The translations under genes and the position numbers were made by a program. A DNA stretch of 64,000 bases, taken from Lingula anatina (taxonomy: Eukaryota > Animalia > Brachiopoda). Each line of letters begins with the position of its first letter. The first letter of the stretch is position 1. Below, piece after piece: positions 1 to 13,975 of this stretch. The stretch is from contig CM120648.1 in NCBI GenBank assembly GCA_051362555.1, positions 7,746,587 through 7,810,586 on the forward strand, given 5' to 3'. The notes under the pieces were generated by a model that saw only the letters and a program-made list of their open reading frames with translations, was not told the origin of the DNA and did no database searches.

Positions 1-3000
1 AAGGTCGTCACTAATTTAATTCAAATTTAAAGTACCACAGAAGCCGATGAGGCTTAATTGATGAAACCGTTTTCCAGTCACGGTTCACTCAAACACACTT
101 GAACATCATTAACAAATTCACTGCGTTTAGCAGTCAACGCCACTTGCCGTAAACCAATCACCTTAATGTTAAAGAATCAGAATGCTGCCAAAGATTAGAT
201 TAACTGAAGCACAATCGTGAATAGGCATATTTGAACGCCAATGCAGATAACCGTTGTTTTTCAGAAACATGTGGTTATGGCATTGCTTAAGTTCTTAGCA
301 GGAAAAGAGTAGGCCTATCGGGAAACGAAAAAGACATCATTGACGAAATAAAATAAAGAATTCGAGTAACTTTGGAAACCTTTTTAATGACATGTGCAAC
401 TTTTGATACAAACACCACTTTGGGTTTGTTAGACTGAAGTGCGCGTCACTTTTGTATTGCTTGTTTTCGAATACCTCTGAACGTTTTTTTTTCCCCCCTT
501 TTCCTCGGTATTTTTCGAAGGTCGTATAACAGCAATTCACACCGATGCCATAAATCACTGGCCACTTGGCATAACTTAGAAATAACTAAACTGATAAATG
601 GTCACACGCCCTTACTTACAACACAAATTGTCAAAGTACACATACAAGATCATGAATGTTAAAGAGTATCTTTGTCAGATTTAATATAGGCACTGAAGCT
701 TAAAACAGGTAATTTTAATTGTGTGGACTTACTCGTCGGTCTTTTCTTTTTTCTTTTTGCCCAACAAACACGAACACAGAATACCAAAAAATATTACTCA
801 CCTTACGTAAGATAAAATAACTGGGCATATCATATATTTTCCTCTTTGGTGCAGAATTGATTCAAAGGCCTATTATCCAATTTCACGCATTTCTTTTCAT
901 ACATCGCACGATACGAAGGATTCAAGTGTACGCCCCAGATCGTGACAAATTGTGACAACACATCCCATAGTGTTACCAATCCATTATTTGTTTTTTTACA
1001 CCACGACTAAAACTTCCTTAGTTCAGTCAGTTAATTGAATTATCTTCTTTCTTCCATCTGAAACATGCCCCCTCTGACGTGCGATAATATTACACCACCT
1101 TCTTGTAGGTTACGGCAATATACAACCTACGTCTTGGTTTTCACCGAGACCTGTTGACACGGAGATGCACCTTCACTCCTACTCTGATTAAAACGATATC
1201 GAACTGGTGGAGGATCTAGGGTTACAGGCCTGTTGTTCGAGAGCCTTTGCTGTTTTTATAATTAATGAACTTCGATTGAAAAAGCACTCAATCTAGATTC
1301 ATCTTAATCTTCCAGGGTCTTCAGTATTTGAATAATGTTAAAATGATACGCTCTTGCTGTGAAAGATACTGCGCAACCCCCTGTGTCGAAAGTGATTGAA
1401 GGGCAGACATGGTTACAAGCGGGGTTTGTTCAATCTTCCATTTAATATCGTTTTTGCGTTTTTACGCTTTTGCCATCTTTTACTCCTTGACTCCGTCTTG
1501 GTCATCTGCATATGCTCATCTATGAAGCACATATAGGCGCAAATAAATCAATTAAATGGAGGTGGCGTTATTTTACAAAGATGCAATTCGTGTCTGTGTA
1601 CAGGCACAGTAACAATATGTATTATCAGTATGAAGGGAGGGTACGGAAATAAAAAAATGAAGTATATCTGAATCATAGTGCATTTTATGTACGGATTATA
1701 GATATTTACCAACATTCTCACATGCGTTCGCATTAGCGCACACCCACGCACACACATAGAATACAAAATAAATCTCATTACTCCTGTACACTTACCAATT
1801 CCGATTTCAGACTGGGAAAAGGATCGCGTTAAATGCATGTACTTTTTTACTAACATTTCTGCCCACCAATCCTAAGAAAAATTTATGGAATGAGAAGAAA
1901 AATATGCAGTGGGCCTGCAGATACACTAGTGTTAGTGCATCGTGCTCAGTACCGTGGAGACCCGATGTTATTTCACGTTTCATTGGAAAAATTATTCCCT
2001 TCGTAATGGGGTCGAGAGACCTTTAATGAAAACGAAATTCAAACGCCGAGATTTGATATCGATTGGCGAAATGTAGATGATGGCGCGGCCTTCATTTTGT
2101 AAAAGATAATGTCAAAACATCTCTCCGTACTAGCTAGATGTTTTAAAGAAAACAGGTGGTGGTGATAACAGACAAACGGTGTGTTGTGGAGAAAAATTGA
2201 CCAGTTTGCCAAATAGTTAATTAAACATAAAGCAACGGATTCGGGGACATCCACAACCCAATGAACGTCATCAATAAATCCAAAAATCCAATCACTCACA
2301 GAGAAACGATATGCTACCAATCACTCATGGATTAACGATATGCTACCAATCCGTATTTCGAAGTTTGATTCAGGATGGGTTATTCGAATACAGTTTGAAA
2401 TTATCAGAATATTCATTTTGTCTTGGAACCATGCACTGTGTGCACGTGATTGGAGCTCTTGGAGTAATAATCCGATCTTAATAGCAGACCATTTTCCTTA
2501 TTAATGTAACCATTATACACGTGATTGTGAAACAATATTCGTTGCACCATCGAATGGTTTTGATGCAGTAAATGGGCGGCAGACCTGGCGTTATATAGGA
2601 TCATATTCATCTATTCTGATGTAGGGACACATTAAAAGGCACTCTACACGCGTTTGAAGATGCCCCACGGGAATATTTATATCTTTCAAAGCTCTTTAAA
2701 TTTCCCAATTCAGACTTCAAAGACGATAAAACCTCTTAAATAGAACTTTATCTGAACCGTACCTAGTGACTTTATTGTTTTCGTAGCCTTCTCGGATGGT
2801 CATGACAGCTACCAGCGTCTGTATCATACTTGACACTGAATCATTTTCTTGTATTATAAGGTGAAAAGTAGGCCATGCTCTTGAAGGACATGAAAGCAGA
2901 TGTCCTCCTTAATGCCTAGCCAGTCATTAAGAAATAAATTACTTAATTAAAAAAGGAATTAAACGTCGAATCCAAGTGCAGGGATGACTTGAGCAATTAG

Positions 3001-4911
3001 TAATGAGAAGGAGAGTGTGCACCTTTTTTCCCCTAGTAAAATTCGTTTTGGTGGAAATATCGCGTATATATTACCTTTTAGCTGCTATAACTACTAGAAG
3101 TAGTGTCACGTATCTACTATTTCTTTTTAACAACTGTTTACCACAATCAACTGTTGGTACTTTTTGATAACATGAATGCGCAAGTAGAAATTTTAAGCGC
3201 ACAATTAATACCATGGATTAATTTCTTGTTTCTCATCAATTATTTTATATGAACAAGAACATACTTCTACGGTAGTCTTCACTAGCGTTAACCCAACGAT
3301 ATACACTTATTGATCTAACGTTAATTATTTACAAGATTCATGCAACTTACATTTTCTGAAGTCTGTAAGACCAAATACTTCTCACGCATAAGAATACTAC
3401 GTTTCAAAAATGTTGATGTTGATTCTTTTTTTTCCCCTTTATGCTCTTGCAGTCATATTTATAGCTTTATGAAAACAGATACCGCACACCTCTACGGTGT
3501 GGGAAAAGTCAACCGTTAAAACCGAATCTCGGGGTAGCTTTTCAAGTACAAACCGAAGCACTATTCTGAGGGGGTCAATTCGTATGTCAATTAAAAGGCG
3601 ATAATCATCTAATGTGGATCTAGTGCATGGCGTGTTATGTGTGAACTCACTGTCACCGGAGCAGTAAGGTTTAATTATTACATATGCAGCGCCCACGTAC
3701 CCCATATGCAAGATATATTTTTTTTCATAGAGCTAGCAGCTTTGCAAGCTTCACGTGTTCAAAACTGAGTTTTAACACTGCGCACGCGTACTTTCGCCTA
3801 GCTGACAGGCACACTAAACCATCAGCATCATAAAATGTCGAAAACGCACACAACGCGCACACGTATTTTGCACGTGATTCGACCCTCAATGCGTCAATTC
3901 TAAGCTGCTTTGCTTGATAAGCTATTTAGACAGACTCAAAGATTCACTAATTGTAATCATTAACACTAAATAACCATTGACGTATGTATGTTTCAAAGAA
4001 GGAAATGAATGAACACAAGAGAAGTGAATAAAACTGATTATAAAGGACAAAGAAAAGAAGGGAGATCAGCATGGGATAATTTTACTTAAGATGAATATTC
4101 ATTACTTTAGGTACTGTCGCCTGGTCTCCGTTTTCTAAAAAAAAAAATCCTTAAGGCGAAGGCCGTGTGGCCATGTGGATGTCCATGAGAGTGCTGTAAC
4201 AGTGTTCCTGATAGGGTAAGATGTGTGCATGCGACCACGTAACGTACGTTAATTGATAACAAAGATGTTAGCCACTGGAACTTTTTTTGTGTGTGTTTGT
4301 GAAGCTGGGACCAGATGTCAAAGCAGAAGTCCAAGCTAATCAATGTTATATATGCCTAAAAACAGAAATACCCATGACATAGCCGAGATATAACTAAGAT
4401 TCATTATCAAGTTTGAATACACCATTTCCAGACGTCTGGCGAAACCATGCTGTCATGTACGTGCACCATAAACTGACGGGTCCAAACGGCAGCTTATGCA
4501 ATAAAATCCGGTTAACATATTTAAATATATTTCCTGAAAAAATGATCAAAGAGAACGCATCGAAGGTGAACTTCAGCTGAAAGTCGTACGGGACGTCTGT
4601 TGTGTTCAATGATGTGAGACACGGTAGGACATACATGTATAATAAAGATGAAAGAACGGATATACATGTACTAATCGGAAACCAGCTTTCAATGTCCTCC
4701 TTTCTAAAACATGTAGATAATGGATTAATGTCATATTCATGATATCTGGATTTGTTTGATAGGAAAAGGGAAAAGGTATTGAAAAATTAATCGACGTTGG
4801 GAGCTTTGTGATTATTGAAATGGCGGCACTACAGTTCACAGACCATGTGACACAGTAGAGATCACTCGACGGTATTCCGCTACCTTACATCTTCTGCCGG
4901 TTGCCAGTGAC

Positions 4912-5110
4912 CAGTGGCGGATTTAGAGGGGTCCTGACCACCCCTTCGATTCTGAAAAAAAAATCACACCAATGGTCCCCTCTTGAAATTATAATTTTGA
5001 CTAGCTGAATCATAGTTTTAAACCATTCTAAATGGCACCGTTCGCTCTCTAAAATACCAAATTTTCAGGGCCCTAAGGCGGGCCCCGAACCCCACGCCCT
5101 TGGTAATCAT
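4912..5110 (+). mobile_element. Dispersed partial copy of the MITE embedded in the 26.7-36.1 kb array
   Basis: Starts CAGTGGCGGATTTAG and continues CCCCTTCGATTCTGAAAAAAAAATCAC...GGTCCCCTCTTGAAATT...CTGAATCATAGTTTTAAAC...AAAATACCAAA, matching the array core. Confidence 0.7.
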
Positions 5111-7527
5111 TTTAAACACCTAACGGGAACATATATCATCACTTTCCTCTGGCAGGGAGCCCTGTATAGTTTATTACAGAATTGAATAAATTCCAATTTT
5201 CGGCTTCAATTCTTCTGTGGCAACGGTGCGAGACAGAGCTGGGCCCGTGACTCGAAAGCATCGCGTATTGCGAACAGCGATATCACACAGAGGCTACAAT
5301 GTATTATATGGGGCGAGTATGAGCGAGTTATGGAATCGAGACGCTTGTGCTCGGTCGCAATGCGCGATGCTTTCGAGTTACGAGGCCCTGACACCTTCAA
5401 CGATATTTATGCGCTGTGCGGTTCCCACGGTGTTTACCGTCTAAGAAGTAAACAACGTAGGTTTAATTAATCTGAATTTGACCTTGGACATAATATCGGC
5501 TTATAATATTGTTGGGCGTATTGTGTTCATTCAAGAAACTACGTTTTAACCCTTAACGATTGAGACAAGACGTCCGGAAGTAATGCCCCAGGAAACAGTG
5601 TCGGTGAAAACAGACTGTGATGGTTTTTGTCCATGCCAAACTCTAAAAGACCCACCGGCCATACACATATGTAGCACACTTCCCACTGATCATTTCATAT
5701 TCCGAATCCTACCAACTATATTTGTAGTACCAGTTGAAGTAATAGGGTTTTGAAGATGTTATAATTGATCCTCCTTTTCAACTGCGTAGATACACGTGCT
5801 ACTTATTAACAATGATGTTGCATTTCATTTATGTTTTCATTTAGTTTGAGTTTGCTTGAGTGTATATGATGCAGGGAATTTACCAAACACAGGCAGTACC
5901 GATACTTTTTTTTTGTTGGGGGGGGGGGGGGGGGGGGGGGAGAGACGTATTACGTCTTGACACCCAGGTAAGTGCATTTCACGTGGTCAGGTCACGCCAC
6001 GAGGAGTTATCTCCCATCATGTTCAGAAAATAAGCGTCGTTTTGGGAGACAGACCATGGCGTGAGGCCCGTTAGACGTTATTTTTATGTTCCTTTGGTTA
6101 ACTTCGGTACAGTAGCGCATGAAAATATGCGGCAGAAGTACTGTGCCAATTGAAAACCACACACCTCTTCCTTTTATCTCCAAGGGAATACTGCAGAAGA
6201 CATTGTGACTATAATAGACTGTAACTAAATTTCACAGCGCATGATGGCTGTCAGACTTATCCTTGTTATGGCGCAAAAATAACATATTTATGAATGGTAC
6301 TATCACTGGTTATGGGCTATATCAAAGGACTACCGGCGCAATAAAACATATTTAGATTACATAACGCTTCATAATTGTCCAATAAAGCTAAGTGAATCAC
6401 ATCCATTGCACACACACTGTCTGTGTTTGCATAATAATTTCTTATTTAACATGGCAGTGTCGATATATATGAAGAATAACCACATCTCACAGGGATATGA
6501 CAACGTGAAAAAAACAGAGACGGTAGACAGCTTAAGATACAACATGGGAGCAGTTCATTTGGATTAAAACGACAAAAATCTATTTCAATACTTAATTGTG
6601 GTCCCACATAGATATATTTAATGATTCAATTAGTCGGCATAAAACGCTCTATTGCATACTATTATACATGCGCATTATATATATATATACACCGACGACA
6701 AGCAAAAAAGCATGTATGCTTGAGGGATTATTTACCACTCCGCCGGTTAGATACACTGTACATACGCAGACACATTCGTCACGTCATGGTATGATGGGAA
6801 CATTTCTTTGGCGCCACTTAAATTTAACGTAAAACGGATATTGGTGTGGAAACGCATGTAGCGGTTAAGCGTGTAGTTTTTTCTCCCTGCGTTATGCGAC
6901 AATGATGAGGCAGAAATGGCACTAAATCCCTGCAAAAAAGATTGTGGTTATAAACATTTTTTTCTAACCAGCAATGATACACATGGCAAAATTGGTTAAT
7001 GCTTAACACTGGGAATAAAATGGATATTTTGTTTTGTATCTTTTGCTTAATTAAATGAACAGACGGGATATGCAGCTAGACGAGGCAGTTCAATAACGGT
7101 AAAAATCGACGAACGAAAGTAACAAGTATGCTTTTACCCCCTTTCATGCTCTCTCTGGGGTAGCACTTTCTAATTCATATTCGGAGTATTGATTGTACAC
7201 ATTGCCTAGAAGTTAAACGATTTTCCTCTATTTGGCAGAGCGGATTAGAGTGTGGGGGAGGAATTGATTCATTTATTTATTAGTTGATCCATTAATTGAT
7301 TAGTATTCGTTAACAAAGAGGAAACAGGGGGCAGATAAGGCATGGCGACCTTCCAGAAAATGGCCATGGTTTTCTTGAAATATGTTATCCCGATGCGATT
7401 TGAACTTTCTGATTGACTTTGAAGGACTACAAACCCACTTGGTACATCGTTAAGTTTTCTTACCGCGACATCGCTCCATTTCCGTCGGTGATGACATGTA
7501 TAATTGAACACATACGTACACACATAG

Positions 7528-7686
7528 TACCCTCTACCAGGGCGAGTGATAGATTTTTTACAGATATTCACAGATACGTCTCTAGCTAGATAGATGGTGA
7601 GTTGAGCCCTAAATGACCATCTATCTAGCTAGAGACATATCTGTGAATATCTGTAAAAAATCTATCACTCTCCCTGGTAGAGGGTA
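7528..7686. mobile_element. Foldback MITE with 9-bp TSD (Mutator-like)
   Basis: Near-perfect ~70-bp inverted arms TACCCTCTACCAGGG...CCCTGGTAGAGGGTA flanked by the direct repeat CACACATAG at 7519-7527 and 7687-7695. Confidence 0.8.
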
Positions 7687-8959
7687 CACACATAGGCTAG
7701 TAAACAGAAAAGGCAGTGCGACAAGGGCGAATCTTAATTTTTTCAGGGGAGGAGGGGGTCATAATTTCCCGCTCGCCTGTTGTCAGGAACAGTGATTTCA
7801 GAATAAATGAGGTAACCTGACGTTCTGCTGCTGTTTTCCTTTGAACAGAAAGGGAAGGACAGAATTGGTGTTCTTGATTGCAATACGTAATCTCAGCATA
7901 ATCTAAACCGCCTACGACACCATCCAGCTGAGCCTCGAAAATGTGGCCTAGAAAATCAACTTTTCCCTGTGAGAAAAAACTCATCGCAGCGTTTCCACTG
8001 GCAAGTGGAATAGCATTGGCGAATAAGCTAAGCGTGGTAATACTCTTCCCTGCAGGCTTGGTTTTCGTGCTTTTTTCCAGTGTTTTAAAGTGAAATGTGT
8101 ATAAATATTTTAAACAACAATCAAGCATAAATGAAATGCATTTCGATTTTACTATATAATTAACCTTTATGAAGCATCGTAACAAAACTGGAAAGTCACC
8201 ATACTAACAAACAAACAAACAAAAAATAATAAATAAATAAATCCGTGTGTCGGAGGACCCTGTCTCACACTCCCATGCCAACCAAGAGGACATGGTCGAA
8301 TAACTGAAGAGTCACCTGTGTCCACGACACACGTCACGTGTGTTTTCCAATCTGGAATAATTGTCTATCGATGAATTTAGCGGGTCATGTGGTCAGCAAA
8401 GCAATAACTCACCTCTTCCGCGTTGCTACTCAAAATGAACTTGTGCAGAAGAATTAGGTTTGGTCTTTCTTTAATTTCGGAAAGGATATGTCACTATCTG
8501 CTTTCATTTTCTTTCATGCAATGACGAGAGGACATTAATGTTCTACCTGTAGTTCGGCTTCTTGTTTCAGAAATGCATTTGATGAATTAAACAAAGAGAG
8601 TAATCGCTAAAACAAATGAGGCAAACTAATACACTGTACCTTCATCACGCACGTACCTGTTCTTTCAAAATGTCAAAACAGTGACATTTATAAGTCGATT
8701 CTTAATTCACACGCCTTTTTACACGACTTAAAAGGGATTAAGTTGTTTTGATGTACATGCTATGTGATATTTGCATATGTATTTAATCATCCATCTATAT
8801 GTTTATTCGTTTCGCACAATGGTAAGTCTACGCAGAACCTAAGGTTGTCCTTTATTTCAGGATACAATATCTCGCTCGCCATCCCAATCGACATTTTTAC
8901 TAACCTTTTGCCAATCACATTTGTTTGAAGTGCAATTTATACAACAGGCACTCTCTTAC

Positions 8960-9046
8960 TCACACACAAAACACACACGCGCGCACGCGCGCACACACAT
9001 ACTGGGGGTACACACTCGCACACTCACACACACACACACACACACT
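8960..9046. repeat. (CA)n/(CG)n microsatellite cluster
   Basis: Directly visible dinucleotide runs. Confidence 0.8.
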
Positions 9047-11331
9047 TATATAACCCACACTGTCCAATTCTAATCCTTCATGCCAATTCAACACAAGACC
9101 CATTGATCTTCATTATCGCCATTAGACCTAACTGTCGACAAACCTCCTTACTCATTCTCTCAACTTTACAGCAATCGCTGTGAAAACCGGCAATATGACA
9201 CCAGTTCTTACGAGTTCTCCTAGCTCTGCTAACTATCTTCCGGGCACAAATAAGCACAATTAATGATGATGACCAAGTCTTCAAAGCCACCAGAGAAGCC
9301 ACCACAATCCCGGCTGGAATTGATCAAGAGTAATTAATGTGATATAAAGACACGTTTGTGGTGGGGGTTTCTCTGCTAATGGGGCTTATTTCAGGAGAAC
9401 GATACTTTGATATCAATATCCAACAGAAGTAAAAGCAAATGGAAAAGCTACAAAGTCGCTTTGAATCCTGGAGGAAGGTCAGAAGAACGTGTAGGCTGGA
9501 TGCGTCGTGTTTTTCTGCGAAAATAATAAACTGAACAAAAAAATTGAGAAGAAAATCTGCTCTAACTGATAGGGAATGTTCGGTGGTTTTTCTTGTTAAA
9601 ATGGCGTGTTGAATAACGATTCATCACGCTTAAACACCAAGCGCAGGTTTGGCACTTACAATTTCGTCCTTATCTCAAGTGTACAAGATGGACGCAGCAC
9701 AAATGTTTGTCTCGGGGGTCCACTCGGATACTTCTTCTATGCGACCATATGAATATATTTACAAGATGATAACAAATGATTTTGTACACGAAAGGCATCA
9801 AAACTCGCATTAAGAAAATCTAATGATTCAAATGCAATTATAAGCTCTAGTAGACCGGTGTAACGAAACTGTAGGTCCGTGTTACAGACAGTCCGCCCTC
9901 CTAACCTAAGTGGGGCAAATCTAGGACGAGGCTTACCGTTAAAAATGAATGGGAAGCGGGATTTTTCCCATGGGGGGCTCTCTGCCACATTACACCGGGA
10001 TATATATTGCAATACATTTTAACAAAACAATGCCCCTATCACAAACCGCTTCACACTTCTTGTCCGTGATCCTCCAATTTCTTACAGTTCATGACACCTT
10101 GTAGAATCTGGACTTTAGCGCCATTTGATAAAATATATCTACCAAGGCTTACAACGTCGATATCAAACGAAACACGTGACTATATAACTGCGTCACGTGC
10201 CCTTCAACGGACCTGTGTTTATGACGGACGCGGTAAATTTCAACCAAACGTGTCGTTAAATGCCAGTGAGGCATACATGTGCGTGAACATACATATGGAG
10301 GGCTGAAAATATATTTTAAAAACTGTCACACCTCGTACAATCTACATGGGTGCCAAGGAATGCACTTTCATCAAAGGAAGAAAAGTTAAGCAATGCTGCA
10401 TGTCTGCAATACACGCAGTCCGAGTTACAGATCAAATATGATGTCTAGATACAAAACTGACCGCATGCATTTCAGATAAAAAGAGGCAGAATACGTCAGA
10501 TGATCGATGAGAATATTGCACCTTTAAAGATACCTACATATTGTTCCTTCTGAACTGAAGCGGCGTGTGTCCAGCAAATGGGTGAGGGGCAATCAAGACG
10601 TATAGATTTTTGAGCCATTCAAGATTAATGAGGCACTATGCATGTCTTGTCCATGAAATTGATGACGTCCTTAAGTCAGAAGTAGTCATTGACAACCCGT
10701 TTCCAGAAAGGCCAGTATGCCTCTCATTATACCAGCAGCCGGGCGGTCAGTAACCTTATTGAAATATTGCTGACGGACACGTGCCCTTTCCGGATCTAAA
10801 ATTGGTATCTCGGATATTAAAGCATTTCAATAATCTCTTATCCGCCTCAATAGATGTTAACTAATATTAGAATCAACTGAGAACAGAACAATAATGATGA
10901 AAGCGTTATAATTAAGATAAAGGGAAAACATAATATTAGGGATCAAAACAAATTTGTGTCTTTACTTGGGCTTTGCCTCAAATAATCCCCACAGTCAAAT
11001 AAATTGCTTTTTTATTAGTTTTTCAGATAGCTGAAAATTGTTTTATATCTCTAAGTGGCAAATGCAGTAAAACGAACAAGAGTATACCACCGTCACCCAA
11101 GGAAACCATTTAGTTTGAATAAAAATACAGCACAGCACATATGCAAACAATGACTAATTAAGCTTTACCAGAGTGATGGTTTTCAGAGAAACTGCTTCAG
11201 CCACATTCTGTTATTATCTTGAAGGGGCATAGAGACCCATAATGGGGGTTCAATTCTCGTTAATATGAAAAGCATTTCACAAAACAGATAACACCTAGAC
11301 TGTGACAAGAAATAAATTCACACCCGAGTAC

Positions 11332-11362
<31 letters not shown>

Positions 11363-11511
11363 CTGAAGTCAGGTTTTTCATGATGTGGAAACCAAGTGAC
11401 TAAAACATACTTAGGTATATTCTGAACACCGTTCATGAACGAAACAACAAATCAGCAAAGAATTATGATATTATGTAATTATACAAATATAGATGCATTT
11501 AACATACACGT

Positions 11512-11857
11512 TTAAAGAGATAATAACTCTTCGTATGACATCTATATTTCACAATAAAAACATTGTGAACAACTCATAGAAATATAATATATTCTGTTAT
11601 GCCACAAAAACGGCAGTTATAGCTATTATTCTGATATCTGAGCTTGTCTATAGACCACGTGACCTCCATTGATGGCTATACTCTGTTATAATCTCTTAAG
11701 AGATAATAGCAAAAAAACGACCTTTTTCGGAAAAAAAAACAGGGACTATCTTTGAATGTAAAAATGGATTCATTTACCATTGGTAAGTATGGGAAAATTG
11801 TTGTTTACTCCAGGAAAATTCATTTTTTTCCAAAACGAAGAGTTATTATCCCTTTAA
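11512..11857. mobile_element. Non-autonomous TTAA-flanked TIR element (Kolobok-like), copy 1
   Basis: ttaa-AGAGATAATAACTCTTCG ... CGAAGAGTTATTATCCCT-ttaa; inverted relative at 40365-40702. Confidence 0.75.
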
Positions 11858-12056
11858 TAATCAGACTTATATCTACTTTAGAAACGTAATAAGCTATTAC
11901 TTACCAGTTTAAGGTACCAACATCCTGTCACTTGCAATACTGTCCAGATATAATGACCGCAATTAACGCACAACCCAGAGCGTCCTGAAATTGTGGTGAC
12001 ATTTTATTTGTTAACCACGCACTAATTTACAGGTATGAATTATTACCTAACGTCTA

Positions 12057-12270
12057 TGTTGACGCCCAAAGTTTAAATCAAACAATTAAATCTCGCACAG
12101 TATAAAAAAACTAGTAACCAGCACCTGAAGACATCAGCTCAAATATACATTATTACAACACGTCAATATTAACACCCAAAGTTTAAATCAAATAATTTTA
12201 TTTAGCCCAGAATATACCTGTAAACCTAGTAACTACTGGTATAGTACCTGAAGACATCAGCCCAGATAAC
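12057..12270 (+). repeat. Two diverged ~115-bp tandem copies
   Basis: CCCAAAGTTTAAATCAAA at ~12065 and ~12175; ACCTGAAGACATCAGC at ~12123 and ~12247. Confidence 0.6.
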
Positions 12271-13318
12271 AATGACGTTTTCTTCCAGCGCTGTACTGTT
12301 CAACTAAATACTCTGTTCAAATGGTAATACTTCGGAAAATACAAAGACTATTGCGCCTCATTTTCCAGAACTAGGAAAGCAAGCAGATTACTGCTCCTTT
12401 AATCTGATAATACGGTTTCGCTAAATCACTCTGCGCATGCGTGGGACAGGGAACCATTCCTCAAAGAACCCGTGGCTGGTCAGCTACCACCTGTATTGGT
12501 GTACAGTAATCGTAATTGTGATCGATTACCAGTTTTGATTTACCCTTCTCTTGAAAACATATATTATTTACTTAAACCGTACGATGACTGCTTGTTTTCC
12601 ATGAGCAAACTGAAAGTACTACCTACATGTATTCTCATGGTATAAGATGCTAAATTCACTACTGAGTTCTTTTCTACTCTATTGCCTATCTATTAATGAC
12701 TTAATCACGGAAACCTATGAGCGGTATCTTTCGTGTGTATCAGATTAAAAACAAAAAAGATCGAATGTAATCCTGATTATTGTCTACATGTAGGTCATGT
12801 ACGTTTAATTTTCTCAAAGTTTATGATCTAACAACTTTGTAAATTGTATAAAATTGTATAAAAAACTAAACGTGTGGGATGACATAAGCCTAAAAATATC
12901 TTAAAATATCCTTTTGGGGCACGTGATCGCCGTATATCCCCCATAATTGACGGGTACGTTCGATTAAAACATGTTACATGTAAGTATATAAGCTTAAACA
13001 CCTCTTTAATGAGTATTGTAATAGCACAATTTTGAGCGTATGAAATCACCCTGATCCCAGCGTATTTTAATGAAGATGAAAGCAGCGTATGAAATTGTAT
13101 TTGATCATGCTCAAATCATTCTGTCTCCCTCCGGGTATGCGAATGTGCCAGTACACCAACATGTGCCTGCGTTTACGGCGTATGTCTTGCGAACCCCTTA
13201 CGTCTGTCTGCATATTGGGAATTTTTCTCATACGTTAGCGCTATACGCTAGATGTGACATTACCTTTATCACTACACATCACACGAAGACAAACTATTTC
13301 CTACCTTTTGTCGCCTAA

Positions 13319-13975
13319 TGATAATAATAATAATAATAAGATTCTTATATGGCGCCTTACATTCTATCTCAAGGCGCCTTACAATAATGGCTAATATACT
13401 AAAATCATTAAAATGACTACAATATTTTAATCATAAACTCTCATTGGAAACCATTTAAAATTTACACTACTAAAAATCAATCTTATTAAAAAAAAAAACA
13501 TATATATATTAAAATAAAATCTAAGAGATATAGACAGAATTAAAAAAGTGTGTCTTTAAAAGAGATTTAAAATTGTCAAAGTCTTCCGTTTTCCTAATAA
13601 AATTTGGTAGACCATTCCACACTCTTGGGGCGTAGATTATAAAAGCACGATCTCCATAACTTTTTAGGCACCCCTTCTCTAAAACAGAATGTTCTAAAAT
13701 AAAATCATTCTCGGTATTAAAACGTGTGGACCGCCGTGGTAAGTTAAAACAGATAAGATCAGATAAATATAATGGTCCTTGTGAATGGATCGCCTTAAAA
13801 ATAATACAGAGTACTTTAAAATCAATCCTCTGCTTCACAGGCAGCCAGTGTAATTCTTTCAGAATGGGAGTGATATGGTGTGTACTATTGTACTTAATTT
13901 GACAAACCAGTCTTGCAGCTGAGTTTTGAATAACTTGTAACTTTTTAATCTGATAGTCACAAATACCAAACATCT
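13319..13975 (-). mobile_element. 5'-truncated LINE (CR1/L2-group) 3' end with (TTA)n tail
   Basis: ORF 13521-13973 'KLQVIQNSAARLV...HITPILKELHWLPVKQRIDFK...GDRAF...APRVWNGLP...FKSLLKTHFF' is the typical ORF2 C-terminus of this group; (TAA)n at 13319-13339 on + is the tail. Confidence 0.88.

Noticed and set aside
5918-5941. Poly-G run as a functional G-quadruplex element
   Set aside because: An isolated homopolymer of a kind common elsewhere in the window, with no supporting context.
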